DNA of 64,000 nucleotides from Eledone cirrhosa (Eukaryota): NCBI GenBank assembly GCA_964016885.1, contig OZ024741.1, positions 71,300,001 to 71,364,000 of the forward strand, read 5' to 3'. Shown piece by piece: positions 44,508 to 56,909 of this stretch (position 1 is its first letter; each line of letters starts with the position of its first letter). The notes under the pieces were generated by a model. It saw only the letters and a program-made list of their open reading frames with translations, ran no database searches and was not told where the DNA came from. The position numbers and the translations under genes were made by a program.

Positions 44508-45358
44508 CGAGGTGGGTCAGAAAAGTTCCAGGACTGATGTCACAAAAGATTTATTTCAAACCCAAACTTCACACTAAGAGTTTTCTCCTTCAAAGTAATC
44601 CCCCTGGAGTCTAATGTACTTTTCCATCCTTTTCTGCCACGCTTGCATGCACTCCTGGAAGGATTCTTCCGGGATCCTCTGCAGTTCCGTCGTCATGGCC
44701 TTTTTGATGTCATCCACGTCTTCAAAACAGGTCCCCTCCGGGTCATACTCGAAGATCCATGACTCATCACTGGTGATGACTGTCCCTAGCAATTCTGGTT
44801 TGGTTTCAAGACGCTCGAGGATGTCATGGCACACTTGCATGCGTCGACCCTTCTGGTCATCGTTCAGCAGTTTTGGCACCATCTTCGCGCAGACTTTCCA
44901 CATGCCCAGCTTATTTGCCATCAGTCGAACAGTCAGCTGACGATTGCTACGCACCATCTGCCTGACGCGTTCAACGTTGACCTCAGTCCTGGTTGTTGAG
45001 GGCCTTCTGCTCCTGGGGTCATCTTCCACGTCCTCGCGTCCTTCTTTAAACCTCTTGCACCACTCAAAAATATGTGAGTGGGACATCGTCTCATCTCCAT
45101 ACACTTGCTGCAGCAATCCCAGTGCTTCTGACAGAGTTTTCAAGTTTGTTCGTTGCTCTGTGCTCATTGCTTGACGACCTGAAACAAAGGACATGTATAT
45201 AAAATTATGAAGAAAAAAGTTTGATCGCTGCAGAGAGCTAAGATTACAGTTACATACTTCAGGGGGATTACTTTGAAGGAGAAAACTCTTAGTGTGAAGT
45301 TTGGGTTTGAAATAAATCTTTTGTGACATCAGTCCTGGAACTTTTCTGACCCACCTCA
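44508..45358 (-). mobile_element. Internally deleted mariner with ~100-bp near-perfect TIRs and TA TSD
   Basis: FKEGREDVEDDPRSRRP, KMVPKLL, TSDESWIFEYDPE fused directly to the C-terminus GDYFE. Confidence 0.92.
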
Positions 45359-45499
45359 TATCTATATATATATATACATATAGTAAATACAAATAGTAAA
45401 TACATTTCTATACTGTTTGTAATGATTCAGACACACACCAAGTGTTGGCTGTAAAGTTAAAAGGCTGACCAAGATGGTCTCATGGAATGATCAAATGAG

Positions 45500-45636
45500 G
45501 TATATTTTTCAACATAGTACTTAGAAAGAAGCAATGCAGTTACTAATAAAAAGAGGTGTGATAAATGCATGCAAGATTTCACAGCTCTAGCATCACTCCT
45601 TCATAGTCAGCCTATGAACTTTTCAGCCTACCCTCA
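45500..45636 (-). mobile_element. 5' terminal fragment of the mariner family seen at 59846
   Basis: Reverse complement of GGCTGAAAAGTTCATAGGCTGAC..GAAGGAGTGATGCTAGAGCTGTGAAA. Confidence 0.75.
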
Positions 45637-45662
45637 TTTATACATATGTGTATATTGATAAC

Positions 45663-46456
45663 TGTATACGAACAGCAACGTTACATGGCAGTGAGACATC
45701 GGCATTGTGTGTAGAGGACCTGCGTAGACTGGAAAGGAATGAAGCATGCATGCTCCGTTGGATGTGTAATAGTAATATATGTGAGTAGCAAAGCATAAAT
45801 GAACTAAGTGAAAAATTGGGAATAAGAGGGATCAGATGCTGTTTACTTTACGTTAGTATGGTCACGTGATGCGTATCAAAGATGACAGCTGTATAAAAAA
45901 GTGCAGGGCGATCAAAATTGATGGAAGTTACGGAATAGGTAGACCCAGAAAAACCTGGGACGATTTGATAAATTCCGACCTTACACACTTGCACCTCTCT
46001 AAGACAATGTTACTGGACCAAGATCTTTGGCACCACGCAGTAATACAGAAGACCCGACTTGCCTACAATCAGTAGGCACCTCTTAACCAAATATACACCC
46101 CAATCCACTACCCCTACTCCATCCTCCCACTCCCACCAAAACCACCCTTTCTCTGTAAAGTTGGTACCACAACATCCAGTCCAAATAAATTAGAAAATGA
46201 GATCGAGATCGTGTAGGTGTCATGAAAAAAAAACACACAGTCCACGGTGAAATGTGGCCGTGTAGGTAAGACGGTAAAAAGTTCCCAGTCCACACTGTAA
46301 ATGTGGTTGGTATTAGGAAGGGCATCCAGCCGTAGAAAACCTGCCAGATAGTCCTATATGAGCGAGACACGGTCACCCGACCAACCTTGCCTCAAATTGG
46401 GACAACTCCCGTCTAACCCATGCTAGCGTGGACGATGGACATTAAACAATGATGAT

Positions 46457-46460
<4 letters not shown>
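45663..46460 (+). mobile_element. RTE 3' fragment
   Basis: Homologous to copy A/C C-terminus and 3'UTR; (GAT)n. Confidence 0.9.
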
Positions 46461-46500
<40 letters not shown>

Positions 46501-46524
46501 TGTATTATGTATATATATAATTAA

Positions 46525-46740
46525 AGTGGTCATGTAGGAGTCACAACAAAAAGCACCCAGCACACATTGTAAATGTGGGAGGGAGGTTGGTGTTAGGAAG
46601 GGCATCCAGTCATAGAAACCTAGCCAGAAACAGTTCTATATGAGTAAGACACGGTCACTGGACCCGACTTGCCTCTAATGTGACAACCCATGTAACCCAT
46701 GCTAGTGTGGAAAATAAATGATGGTGATGATGATGATGAT
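46525..46740 (+). mobile_element. RTE 3'UTR-only fragment
   Basis: GGTTGGTGTTAGGAAGGGCATCCAG, AACCCATGCTAG, (GAT)n. Confidence 0.75.
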
Positions 46741-47867
46741 ATATATAAGAAGTTGGCCATAGCAAGATTTAAACATAAAGTACAGTGAGCCAGAACAAAG
46801 ACCAAGGTATTTTTGATCTAACACCCTAGTGACTCTACCAACTTGTCACCTTGATGATGACATATAAATATATATATATTAAGCCGGATATACATTATTT
46901 ATATATATTTATATTAAATACTCCAGGAAAATTAACCAGGAATCTTTAAAAAATCTCCCCACCGAAGTTAACAAAGAACTTACTAGATTTACCAAACCAA
47001 ATTGTAAAATTATAATATAAAATTAAATTAAATTAAGAGAGTATTGAAGTTTGCTTGAAGCATTGTGGAATAATAAGTAAATATCTTTAAGTCGTTTGGA
47101 AGCCTCGACAATGCAAATGGGTAAATCTCCAGGTAACAAGATCCGGTGGTGGAGAGAGAGATGTAAGTGGGTGTACGTTGAGATGCGTGGTGTGTATAAG
47201 ATGTGTAAATGTGTAGAAGAAAGAAGGGAAGAGTATAAAGGATAAAATAAAAATAGCAACACAAGAGAGAGTTACCTTGGGAGAGATTTAAATTAAATTG
47301 TTTTGAACTATAAGTGAAGTCATTCTTTTCCTTTTTATAAATATATATATATATATATAGAACTGGGTGTCTGTCAGTCGTGCAATTAAACCATTTGCTG
47401 AAGGAGGAGCTCGCCCATCTGATTGGTTCTCTCAAAAGGTTTGCTGGAACTTTCCTCACTTTATTTCCCAATCCTCTTCCACCTATTTTGTTTAATGATA
47501 GAATCATTGAGAAGGATTTTCATGTGTATATAGTTGGCAATTATTTTAACACCTGGACGTCTCCCAGCTAACTACTTATTCTATTTGAACCTGGATATCT
47601 ACCAGGGATCTTGGAACTCTTCACCCACGAATTAACCACAGTCTTTCAATTTCTGTACCTTTGAACTACTTAATTGTTAATTTGTTTGTTGTATAACTTG
47701 AGGCAGAGTTATCTACCTTGACCTCTACTTCAATAACGTTATCTAAATCATCATCAGTTTAACATATATTTCCCATACTTACAATGTCCACATATAATTG
47801 TTCAAATTGTGAAAGAAAGCTGTTGTGTTTATTAATAATGAGGCAATAGGCCAGTTAAAGAACACAT

Positions 47868-48308
47868 CGCACGCAGTAATACAGAAGACCCGCCTTGCCT
47901 ATGTACAAAGTGAAACCTACAGTCAGTAGGCACCTCTTAACCAAATATACACCCCAATCCACTACCCCTACCCTATCCTCCCACAAACACCAACCTCTCT
48001 CTGTAAAGTTGGTACCACACATCCAGTCCAAATAAATGAGATAATGAGATCGAGATCGAGATCGTGTAGGTGTCACAACAAAAAAACACACAGTCCACGC
48101 TGTAATGTGGCCGTGTAGGTAACACAGTAAAAAGTTCCCAGTTCGACACTGTAAATGTGGTTGGTGTTAGGAAGGGCATCCAGCCGTAGAAAACCTGCCA
48201 GACAGTCCTATATGAGCGTAAGCGAGACATGGTCACCTGACCAGCCTTGCCTCAAGTGGGACAACAACATGCTAGCGTGGAAGATGGACGTTAAACGAAG
48301 ATGATGAT
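47868..48308 (+). mobile_element. RTE 3' fragment
   Basis: ORF end plus 3'UTR and GAT tail. Confidence 0.88.
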
Positions 48309-49439
48309 ATATATAAACCCAAGAAGCCTATTCAAAGTGTTGATCCGGTTTTGCTAGAGTACTGAAATCTGAAATACAGTAGAGCTATTGCTCATAAGTG
48401 GAAGTCATTTTACAATTATGTCATTCTTTGATAATATAAATTTTTTTGAAATCTTGTCAGGGAAATTTTGGTGAAACATAAACAAGTCCTTTGTTTCTGC
48501 TGCTTCATTTCTAAGACGCCTCCACATTTCTATGTCAGAAACAGCCATTCATAAAACATACATACATTCTCTCTAATCTTTCTCTTTCCCCCTCCCTCTC
48601 TCACTGCCAGTTTATTATGGAGGGGTGGGGGTTAAACATTTGACATTAGTTCTTATGAAATTTCTAATAGAAGTCTTCTTGTTGTAGTAGTAACAGCAAT
48701 CACAGCAGCAATTTTATTATTATTATTATTATTATTATTGAGGGCAAAAGGCCACATTGTTTTGTCTGAGGCGAAACCATACACCTGCAAGCCTATTGCC
48801 CCCAGCTCAAAAACGCAGAGAGCTGCAAACCTCCATTGCTGCCAAAACCCTGGTGTAGTCAGCCATCAACACCAGCACCACCACCACCACCACCACCAGC
48901 ATTGCCAACACCACCACCAGCAGAACCATCAGCATCAAAATCTACCTAGAGAGAGAATAGGGAAAGCTCTCCCACCCCCTCCACACAAACACACAGACAA
49001 AACACCCACACACCTGTAAACACACTCTCACTGCCCTCTGACACAGATTCCCCAGACACTAGTCCTGCCTCATCCCCAAGCAAAGACCAAAAAAAAAAAA
49101 AAAAAAAAGGAAACACAAACACCTACACACGGCAAATACAAACACATCCACAACAAAACCAACATCAGTCAACAAAAACACAACCACCAACAACAACACA
49201 GACACAACTGCAACTCATGCCCCACAAAATGAAACACATTCAGGCACTAACAAAAACAGAAACACCAACTTTGTATTATTAAGAAGAACAAATTAAAAAC
49301 TTATAGCCCTTGTAACATGAAGGCAAGATATTGAGAAAGATGGGGAGATTTTTGGCACCTGCACCTTCAAAGTGCCCAATACACTTCTGACGGTATGGAT
49401 GGCAGTGAACATATATAAAGGGAGTAGAGAGAGCTTCTC

Positions 49440-50368
49440 CGGTGTGGGAATCCCTAGCATGAAAGCCTCAAGTCAGCTATTAAAGGGGTTCCCAAAGGAA
49501 ACCCCACCAATCATGGAGGTCGAACCACCTGACCTCCAAAGCTCTAGGGAGGTATATAGACCTTTCCTCTCACTTGTAGCCTGCCAACATGGCCATATTA
49601 AGAGTAGGATGTTTAAAGGGGTCGCCCTGGAAGCAGGGTCACGTGCTGAACAACCTCAGGTCTCTAGAGATGGATGTAATTGGGGGGGCACTGCAAGTTC
49701 AAGATAAACTCTACAGGCGACAAAACCATTCTACATGCACTCGTCCAGTGTCCATGTATTACTGACTTGTGGAGTTAGGTTGAACAGCTGTTGTTGCATG
49801 TAGAATGGATCCAGCTATCGGTCAAGTCCAAGTGAAGATCGACCCACCACCTCCTTTTGACCAGAAAGGGCAGGCAATTTTCCTGTCTGATGGCAGTAGT
49901 GAAAGAGGTTGTATGGTGAACCAGGTTGAAAAGACTGAAGACAGACACCTTTCTCTTCGGGCATTCAACTTTTTCAAGTTTCACTTGGAAAGGAAGGTGA
50001 GGGTGGAGTGAGAAGTGCTGCCAACAGTACATTTGCTAAAAGGTGGGTGAATGTGGCGAGAATGGCCCTACTCTGAGAATGTGCCTGTAGGCTGGTTAAT
50101 TTGAGGAGGAGAAGGGTGACCTTCCCGGGTGCCCTCGAAGTATCAGGTGGTTCAAGATTGGTGGGGCACCTGAGTCGTCCTTTGGTGGTTCACCCTGCTA
50201 TTGGGGAATTTATTTTGTCATATTTTTATATTTTTTCATTCTTAAATTGGTTTTGTTATTGTGTATTTTCACTCAATTTTATTGCAAACCTCCACTGTCC
50301 CTGTCTTTGTATTGTCCCCTATATGTCAGCCCTCGTGGCCAATAAATGAAATCATTATTATTATTATT
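49440..50368 (+). mobile_element. Tx1/L1-like LINE 3' fragment, degenerate
   Basis: TILHALVQCP zinc-knuckle remnant, VKIDPPP, FFKFHLERKVRVE, FAKRWVNVAR; AATAAA plus (ATT)n tail. Confidence 0.6.
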
Positions 50369-50493
50369 AATTCAAATCCCGCCGAGGTTAACTTTGCCTT
50401 TCATCCTTACGGGGTCGATAAAATAAAGTACCAGTAATGTACTGGGTATTTGCTGGCCTTGTGCCAAATGTAGAAACAATTATTATTATTATT
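50369..50493 (+). mobile_element. Octopod-type SINE, 5'-truncated
   Basis: TTTGCCTTTCATCCTTACGGGGTCGATAAAATAAAGTAC core and (ATT)n. Confidence 0.85.
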
Positions 50494-50910
50494 AATTGGA
50501 AGAACTCAACACAAGGAAGCTGTTAAAACAGCAAAATGCTGTCAATGACAGCATCAGGTAAGTACTTCAAAGGACAGAAATCACCAGCTAAGTGTGTTGG
50601 CCTGCAGAAGTGATAAGAAGAAAGGAGAAAAGGAAGAAAATGGACATGAGGAGATCACACAAACATTTAAATACACTTGTCGGCTTTTAGACCACCTGTG
50701 GTTTCGATGATTTAACTAAAAGTACCATGTAAAATAGACTGCTCATGCAACAGAGAAATAAATATCTCTGTTGTTATGATGTTTGTGTGAGGAATGAACA
50801 GATTAGATAGACAAATTAGATAGACAAACAAACAGATTAGAGAGAGAGAAAAATAAAATTTGTCCATTCAGCATCACGTCATTATTATTATTAGCAGCAT
50901 TATTATTATT

Positions 50911-51110
50911 AGGGCGGTGGATTGGCAGTATCGGTAGAGGGTCGGACACCATGCTTTGACGCATTGAGTTACGGCCCTTGCCATTCTGAGTTCAAAACCT
51001 GCCAAGGTTAACTTTGCCTTTCATCCTTACAGGGTCGATAAAATAAAGTACAAGTAATGCACTGGGTAATTGCTGGCCTTGTGCCAAAAGTAGAAACAAT
51101 TATTATTATT
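50911..51110 (+). mobile_element. Octopod-type tRNA-derived SINE, full length
   Basis: A-box-like TGGCAGTATCGG, B box GAGTTCAAAACC, conserved core, (ATT)n tail inside an ATT repeat. Confidence 0.88.
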
Positions 51111-51696
51111 AGCAGAAAACCACCCTAGCATGTTGTAGCGTGTATATTGATATTATACGCAGGTATATATACATGTAGATATGATACATCAAATAAAATC
51201 GTAATTGATAATATACACAGAAATTGAACGAAGACTGTGTTACACAGTCTTATGTAATCAGTAACGTAATCCATTATACATTTTTAAAAAAAACGATATT
51301 ATATATAAACTGCATTAGGAGAAAATTAATGACAGAAAATTAATGTTTATTTAAACGATCGCCGCCGGAAGTGTTGACATTTGAAGATTTTAAAGAAGTG
51401 AATCTTTAAATAAATAATAAAATATATTTAATGAACAGCCACGAAATTTAGTAGATAAATTATGTAATATTCATTCATTATTTATTCAAAGTAATCCAAC
51501 TTATTTTACTAAGGGGATAAAAAATTATAAACCATATGCAGTCCCGCGCTTCTTACTTTATTATAGTTTAGATTAGTAATAGTAGTAGCAGCAGCAGCAG
51601 CAAAGCACCACCTTGTTTACCATAACATTTTCCTAACATCTTTCAAAGTATTTTGCCTGACGCTCTACAGATTCTTCCAATCCTTGTCCTTACCAT

Positions 51697-52385
51697 AATA
51701 ACGCTTTTTGATTTAGGCACAAAGCCAACAATTTGAGGGGAGGAGAAAGTCGATTAAATCGACCCCAGTGCGTTACTGGTACTTTATTTTATCGACCCAA
51801 TAAGGATGAAAGGCAAAGCTAACTTCAGTGAGATTTGAACTCAGAACATAAAGTGTCATAACCCTATGCTGCAAAGCACGTTGTCCAACGCTCTACCAAT
51901 ACTGCAAATTCCCTGATATCTTACATTGGCACAAGGACACAGATTTGTAGGAAAGTGGGGGTGATTTTATCTCTAGTACTTAACTGATGGTTTTATTAAT
52001 ACCCAGGTAGAATGAAAGGGAAGTTAAATTCCAACACAACTTGAAAGGAGGACATAAGGTTACATACCAAAAAACCACAATGCATTTAGTTTGCTGTTCT
52101 AGGGATTCTGCCGATCACCATACATTAATTTCTAACATAGGCACAAGGTAGAATACTGTCAATCAGGCTCTAGTATACTACTGGTACTTTATTTTATGGA
52201 CCTCAAATAATAAAAGAAAAAATGAAAGGAAAAAAAAAAATCAACTGAAGCAGGTTTGAACTCAGAATGAAAAGCAAATTAACTAAATATTGCAATACCA
52301 CTACTCTACCAATGATGCCAATTAATGATTCTAATTCAGCCACAAAGCTTAGAGGAAAGGGTTGATTAAATCGACCCCAGTAATG
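51697..52385 (-). mobile_element. Cluster of 3-4 tandem, variably decayed SINE copies
   Basis: Repeated GGCACAA..GTACTTTATTTTAT..GATGAAAGGCAAAG..GAACTCAGAA blocks. Confidence 0.75.
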
Positions 52386-52400
52386 AACTGAAATAAATAT

Positions 52401-52590
52401 TGTAAGGTATGTGAACAAGAGCTGGTGCATTCCGATTTTACGGAGGAGGTCAGCTGTTCAGCGTCCAAGAATGCCTGAGGTCTCAACGGCGACAGGTGCT
52501 AATTGGATTATATTTATTTAATCAATTTAAACATCTGTACGGAATTAGTATGCCATGGCAAACTAGAAGAGGTATCTAATACGCCTTACA
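52401..52590. mobile_element. Possible short solo LTR or MITE
   Basis: TGTAAGG...CCTTACA inverted termini, 190 bp. Confidence 0.35.
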
Positions 52591-53178
52591 ATTAAGAAGC
52601 AAAAACAAGAGAGAGGCAGAGACAAAGAAAAAATAAAAGAAAGAGAAGGAAAACGGAGTAAAAAAGCATAAGAAAAAAATCGACAAATTCTAAATCAGCT
52701 AAAGTTTCGGTTTCTGTTGTTGAATGTTATAATTAAATCTACGAGAGTTACCTCCCATGAAAATGTATTTTATGATACAAGGGACGTGATTTAGTCTAAT
52801 ATTTATCGTTCTTGAATTTAAATCATAAATCTGTTAAACATATATGAAGATTTAAACAATTAAAAATTGTAATGATAATTAGACAATGTGATAAAAAAAT
52901 ATTTATTAATAAACCACAGTATATTTGATATAAAATGTATATGAAAATATCAACAGTATCGGTATTACATGATTATTTAACTGCCACAAATTTATTTAAA
53001 TTTATTCATTAACCCTTAACATCCTGCAATGATTTAAGCAAACATCTACAAACAGGTTTGTTGATTCAAATATTTATAGTTTATTTACTAGTGAAAAGCT
53101 CGTTGTCAAAATTCATTGTAGTAAAGAACGTTTCAAGAACGCCCCTCTGTGGTTTCATCTAGTACAGGATGTTAAGAG

Positions 53179-53254
53179 TTAAAATATATAGCAAGACACA
53201 CGCTTTCCTTGTGCATTTTACCATCTGCCATAACAACCTCCACAAAAATAGGGC
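53179..53254 (-). CDS. Last coding exon of a small 8-Cys protein (in-frame TAA at 53220-53218)
   Basis: Acceptor ttttatcattacag|G. Phase 2 matches the upstream exon. Reads (R)PYFCGGCYGRW*NAQGKRVSCYIF*. AATAAA at 53085-53080. Confidence 0.75.
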
Positions 53255-53394
53255 CTGTAATGATAAAATGTAAATATATATATATATGTGTGTATGTGTG
53301 AGTATCAAATTTTGCATTAACAAGCCAAAGCATGCAATAAACTTACATCTGTACATATATAGTACAGAAGTAACTGAAACTGCAGTTGTTTAAT

Positions 53395-53600
53395 AATGGT
53401 TTCTAATTTAGGTACAAGGCCAACAATTTTGGGGGGAGGGAAAGTTGATTCAATCGACCCAGTGTGTTACTGGTACTTTATTTTATCGACCCTGTAAGGA
53501 TGAAAAGCAAGGCTAATCTCAGCAAGATTTGAACTCAGATCAGGAGAGGTGTAACTCTATTCCATAAAGCATGTTGTCCAACACTCTACCAATACTGCAA
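53395..53600 (-). mobile_element. Octopod-type SINE
   Basis: Reverse complement of the SINE core. Confidence 0.85.
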
Positions 53601-53707
53601 TGTACATTTGACATAATTACATATATACTCTATTCTCAATGTGAATATTTATATGCATATATAATCATTCTTGGTTACCTCTGTACTATATGTGTATATA
53701 TATATAT

Positions 53708-54091
53708 ACACAAAGCGAAACCTAGTCAGTAGGCACCTCTAACAAAAATACACCCCCGTCGCACTACCCCCACCCCATCCACACCTTCCAATGTAAAGTT
53801 ATGTTGGTACCACAACATCCAGTCCGAAACAAATGAGGTCGTGTAGGTATCACAACAAAAAAACACACAGCCCACGCTGTAATGTGGCCGTGTAGGTAAC
53901 ACGGTAAAAACCTCCCAGTCCACACTGTAAACGTGGTTGGTGTTAGGAAGGGCATCCAGCCGTAGAAAACTCGCCAGACAGTCCTATACAAGCAAGACAA
54001 CCAATCTTGCCTCAAGTGGGAAAATTCCCGTCCAAACCCATACTAGCGTGGAAGATGGATGTTAAACGATGATGATGATGATGATGATGAT
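53708..54091 (+). mobile_element. RTE 3'UTR fragment
   Basis: Matches the copy A 3'UTR; (GAT)n. Confidence 0.9.
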
Positions 54092-54114
54092 ATGTCATCA
54101 TCATCGTTTAACAT

Positions 54115-54164
<50 letters not shown>

Positions 54165-54368
54165 ATTAAGAGGTGCCTACTGACTGTAGGTTTAACTTTG
54201 TATGTAAGGGAAAGTGGTGGATCTTTTGTATTACCGCGTAGCGCCAAAGGTCTCGATCCAGTGACATTGTCTTAGAGAGGTGTAAGTGTGCAAGGTCAGT
54301 TTTTATCATCCAGGTTTTTCTGGGTCTACCTACTCCATAGCTTCCATCAATTTTGATCACCTGCACTT
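54165..54368 (-). mobile_element. Inverted RTE C-terminal fragment
   Basis: IKIDGSYGVGRPRKTW on the minus strand. Confidence 0.85.
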
Positions 54369-54477
54369 TTATATTTATATATATATATCTCCCCACTCTC
54401 AAGAGCATGAAACTAATAAATCTTTGTTCGTACTGCCTCTGTTTTGTTCCCGTTCCATTTTTCACTATATATATATA

Positions 54478-55822
54478 TATACAGAGGAGTTCCAGACTGG
54501 CTGCCCATGAGAACTCCTATACGCAGATGATCTAACTCTCACAGCTGAATCTATGGCTGAACTAGAGAAGAAATTCCAAACATGGAAGCATGGCCTAGAA
54601 TCAAAAGGCCTTAAAGTTAACTTGTCTAAGACTAAAGTTCTAGTTTGTAGAAAGGAAAATAGGGCACAGGTGCCCTCATGGAAATGGCCATGCTCAGAAA
54701 GGAGTAGGCAGAAATTCCATTTTATGTCCCAAATGCAAAGTATGGGTACATAAAAGATGTAGTGGGATCACAGGTAAACTATCTAAGAATGTAGACTTTA
54801 TATGTGGCCGATGCTCAGGTGCAATAAGTTGCAAGTGCCCACAGGATACTAGCTCCTTCTATTGTGTTACCTGAGTGATGAAATCAGCAGTGGTGGCGGG
54901 TGTTCTGAAAGTACAGTAGCCAGAGTCAGAACGTAATGGAAAAAGTTCAGAGAGCTTATACTACTGTTGGCCACAAAAGGTTTCTCTCTAAAAATGAAAG
55001 GCAGATTGTATGATGCCTGTATACGAACAGCAATGCTACATGGCAGTGAGACATGGGCATTGCGTGAAGAGGACCTGCGCAGAGTGGAAAGGAACGAAGC
55101 ATGCATGCTCCGTTGGATGTGTAATAGTAATATACGTGACCAGCAAAGCATAAATGAACTAAGTGAAAAATTAGGAATAAGAGGGATCAGATGCTGTTTA
55201 CTCGAGAGAAGACTACGTTGGTATGGCCATGTGATGTGCATGAAAGATGACAGCTGTATAGAAAAGTGCAGGGCGATCAAAATTGATGGTAGTTATGGAG
55301 TAGGTAGACCCAGAAAAACCTGGGACGATCTGATAAATTCCGATCTTACACACTTGCACCTCTCTAAGACAATGTCACTGGACCAAGATCTTTGGCGCTA
55401 CGCAGTAATACAGAAGACCCGCCTTGCCTATGTACAAAGCGAAACCTACAGTCAGTAGGCACCTCTTAACCAAATATACACCCAATCCACTACTCCTACC
55501 CTATCCTCCCACTCCCACCAACCTCTCTCTGTATAAATGATGAGATAATGAGATCGAGATTGTGTAGATGTCACGACAAAAAACAAAACAGTCTACACTG
55601 TAATGTGGCCGTGTAGGTAACACAGTAAAAAGTTCCCAGTTCGACACTGTAAATGTGGTTGGTGTTAGGAAGAGCATCCAGCCGTAGAAAACCTGCCAGA
55701 TAGTCCTATATGAGCGAGACACCGTCACCCGACCAACCTTGCCTCAAGTGGGACAACTCCCGTCTAACCCATGCTAGTGTGGAAGATGGATGTTAAACGA
55801 AGAAGATGACGAAGATGATGAT
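54478..55822 (+). mobile_element. RTE LINE, 5'-truncated, decayed
   Basis: [20 protein letters not shown]; stops and deletions. Confidence 0.92.
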
Positions 55823-55837
55823 ATATATATATATATA

Positions 55838-56905
55838 CATGAATTTTACCAGCAGGTCTCTGGGGTAGCAATGGGAACCAGAATGGGACCCAACTATGCC
55901 AACTTGTTTGTTGGCTACGTTGAAGCCCAGATTTTCTCCCAATACGCTGGACCTACTCCTGAGCTATACAGTCATTATATTGATGACTGTATTGGCGGCA
56001 ACTCTCTATCACGAAAACAGCTCGACTGCTTTCTCTCTTTTGTCCAATCTTTCCATCCTGCTCTCACCGCCTCCGATTCTTCTGTCCCTTTTCTAGATAT
56101 CTCTCTATCTATCAATCACTCTCACCACACCCTCTCTACTTCCATCTTCTATAAACCAACTGACTCCCACTCTTACCTCGACTTCACATAATCCCACCCA
56201 ACCCACACTAAACACTCCATACCCTATTCCTCTGTAGCCAGGACGACGATTTTGAAACCCATTCCCTTTACATGGCTTCCCACTTCATCCAGCGGGGATA
56301 TCCCTCCACCCTGATCCAAGCTGTTCTCACCAGCGCCCATGAAACCGACCTTACCACAGCCCTCACCAGCGCCCTCCCAACACCTGCCTTCCTTCCCTCT
56401 CACCTACCACCCCATCACCCTACCAATCCGGCGACCTATCCTCCGTTCCTTCTGCACCTTCTCTTCTGACCCCCGTCACTTCTCGCTTTTTACCAAACCC
56501 ACCCATATTTAAGCACACCCGTTACCTCCACGACCTCCTTGTATGCAGTTCCTTCTCATCCTCTCCTACGAATCCACCCGGTTCTCATCTTTGTTCTCGT
56601 TCCCACTGCAACACTTGTCCCTTCATTTCCACCCTCACCACTCTTACAGGCCCTAACGGGTCTTTCCGTATCTGCCACTCCTTCACCTGCACATCCACCC
56701 AAGTTGTCTATGCCCTCTGGTGTTCCCTTTGTGGATCTTTATACATCGGACAAACGGGATGCCGTATAGTGGACCGTTTTGCTGAGCATTTGAGGGACAT
56801 ACTACTCGGTTTGGATACTCCTGTCTCCCATTATTTCCGTTCTCCTGGCTATTGTTCCCTACATGTTTCAGTCCTGGGTGTCCTTTTACATCATGGATCA
56901 CACTT
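55838..56905 (+). mobile_element. Penelope-like element fragment (RT plus GIY-YIG, Neptune-like), decayed
   Basis: GVAMGTRMGPNYANLF, YIDD, FLDI, YKPTDSHSYL, FTCTSTQVVYALWCSLCGSLYIGQT, RFAEHLRDI. Confidence 0.88.
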
Positions 56906-56909
56906 AAAA

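Noticed and set aside
46880-47750. Weakly similar blocks (ACCAGG.ATCTT..CCCAC..GAA.TTAAC) on both sides of a TA tract
   Set aside because: Probably an old repeat family, but termini and class could not be supported.
48738-49019. His/Gln-rich ORF
   Set aside because: Derived from (CAC/CAG)n low-complexity sequence; no splice or homology support.
51360-51375. CCGGAAGTG ETS-like promoter motif, and a CAG|GTAAGT donor at ~50556
   Set aside because: Isolated short motifs without a supporting exon structure.
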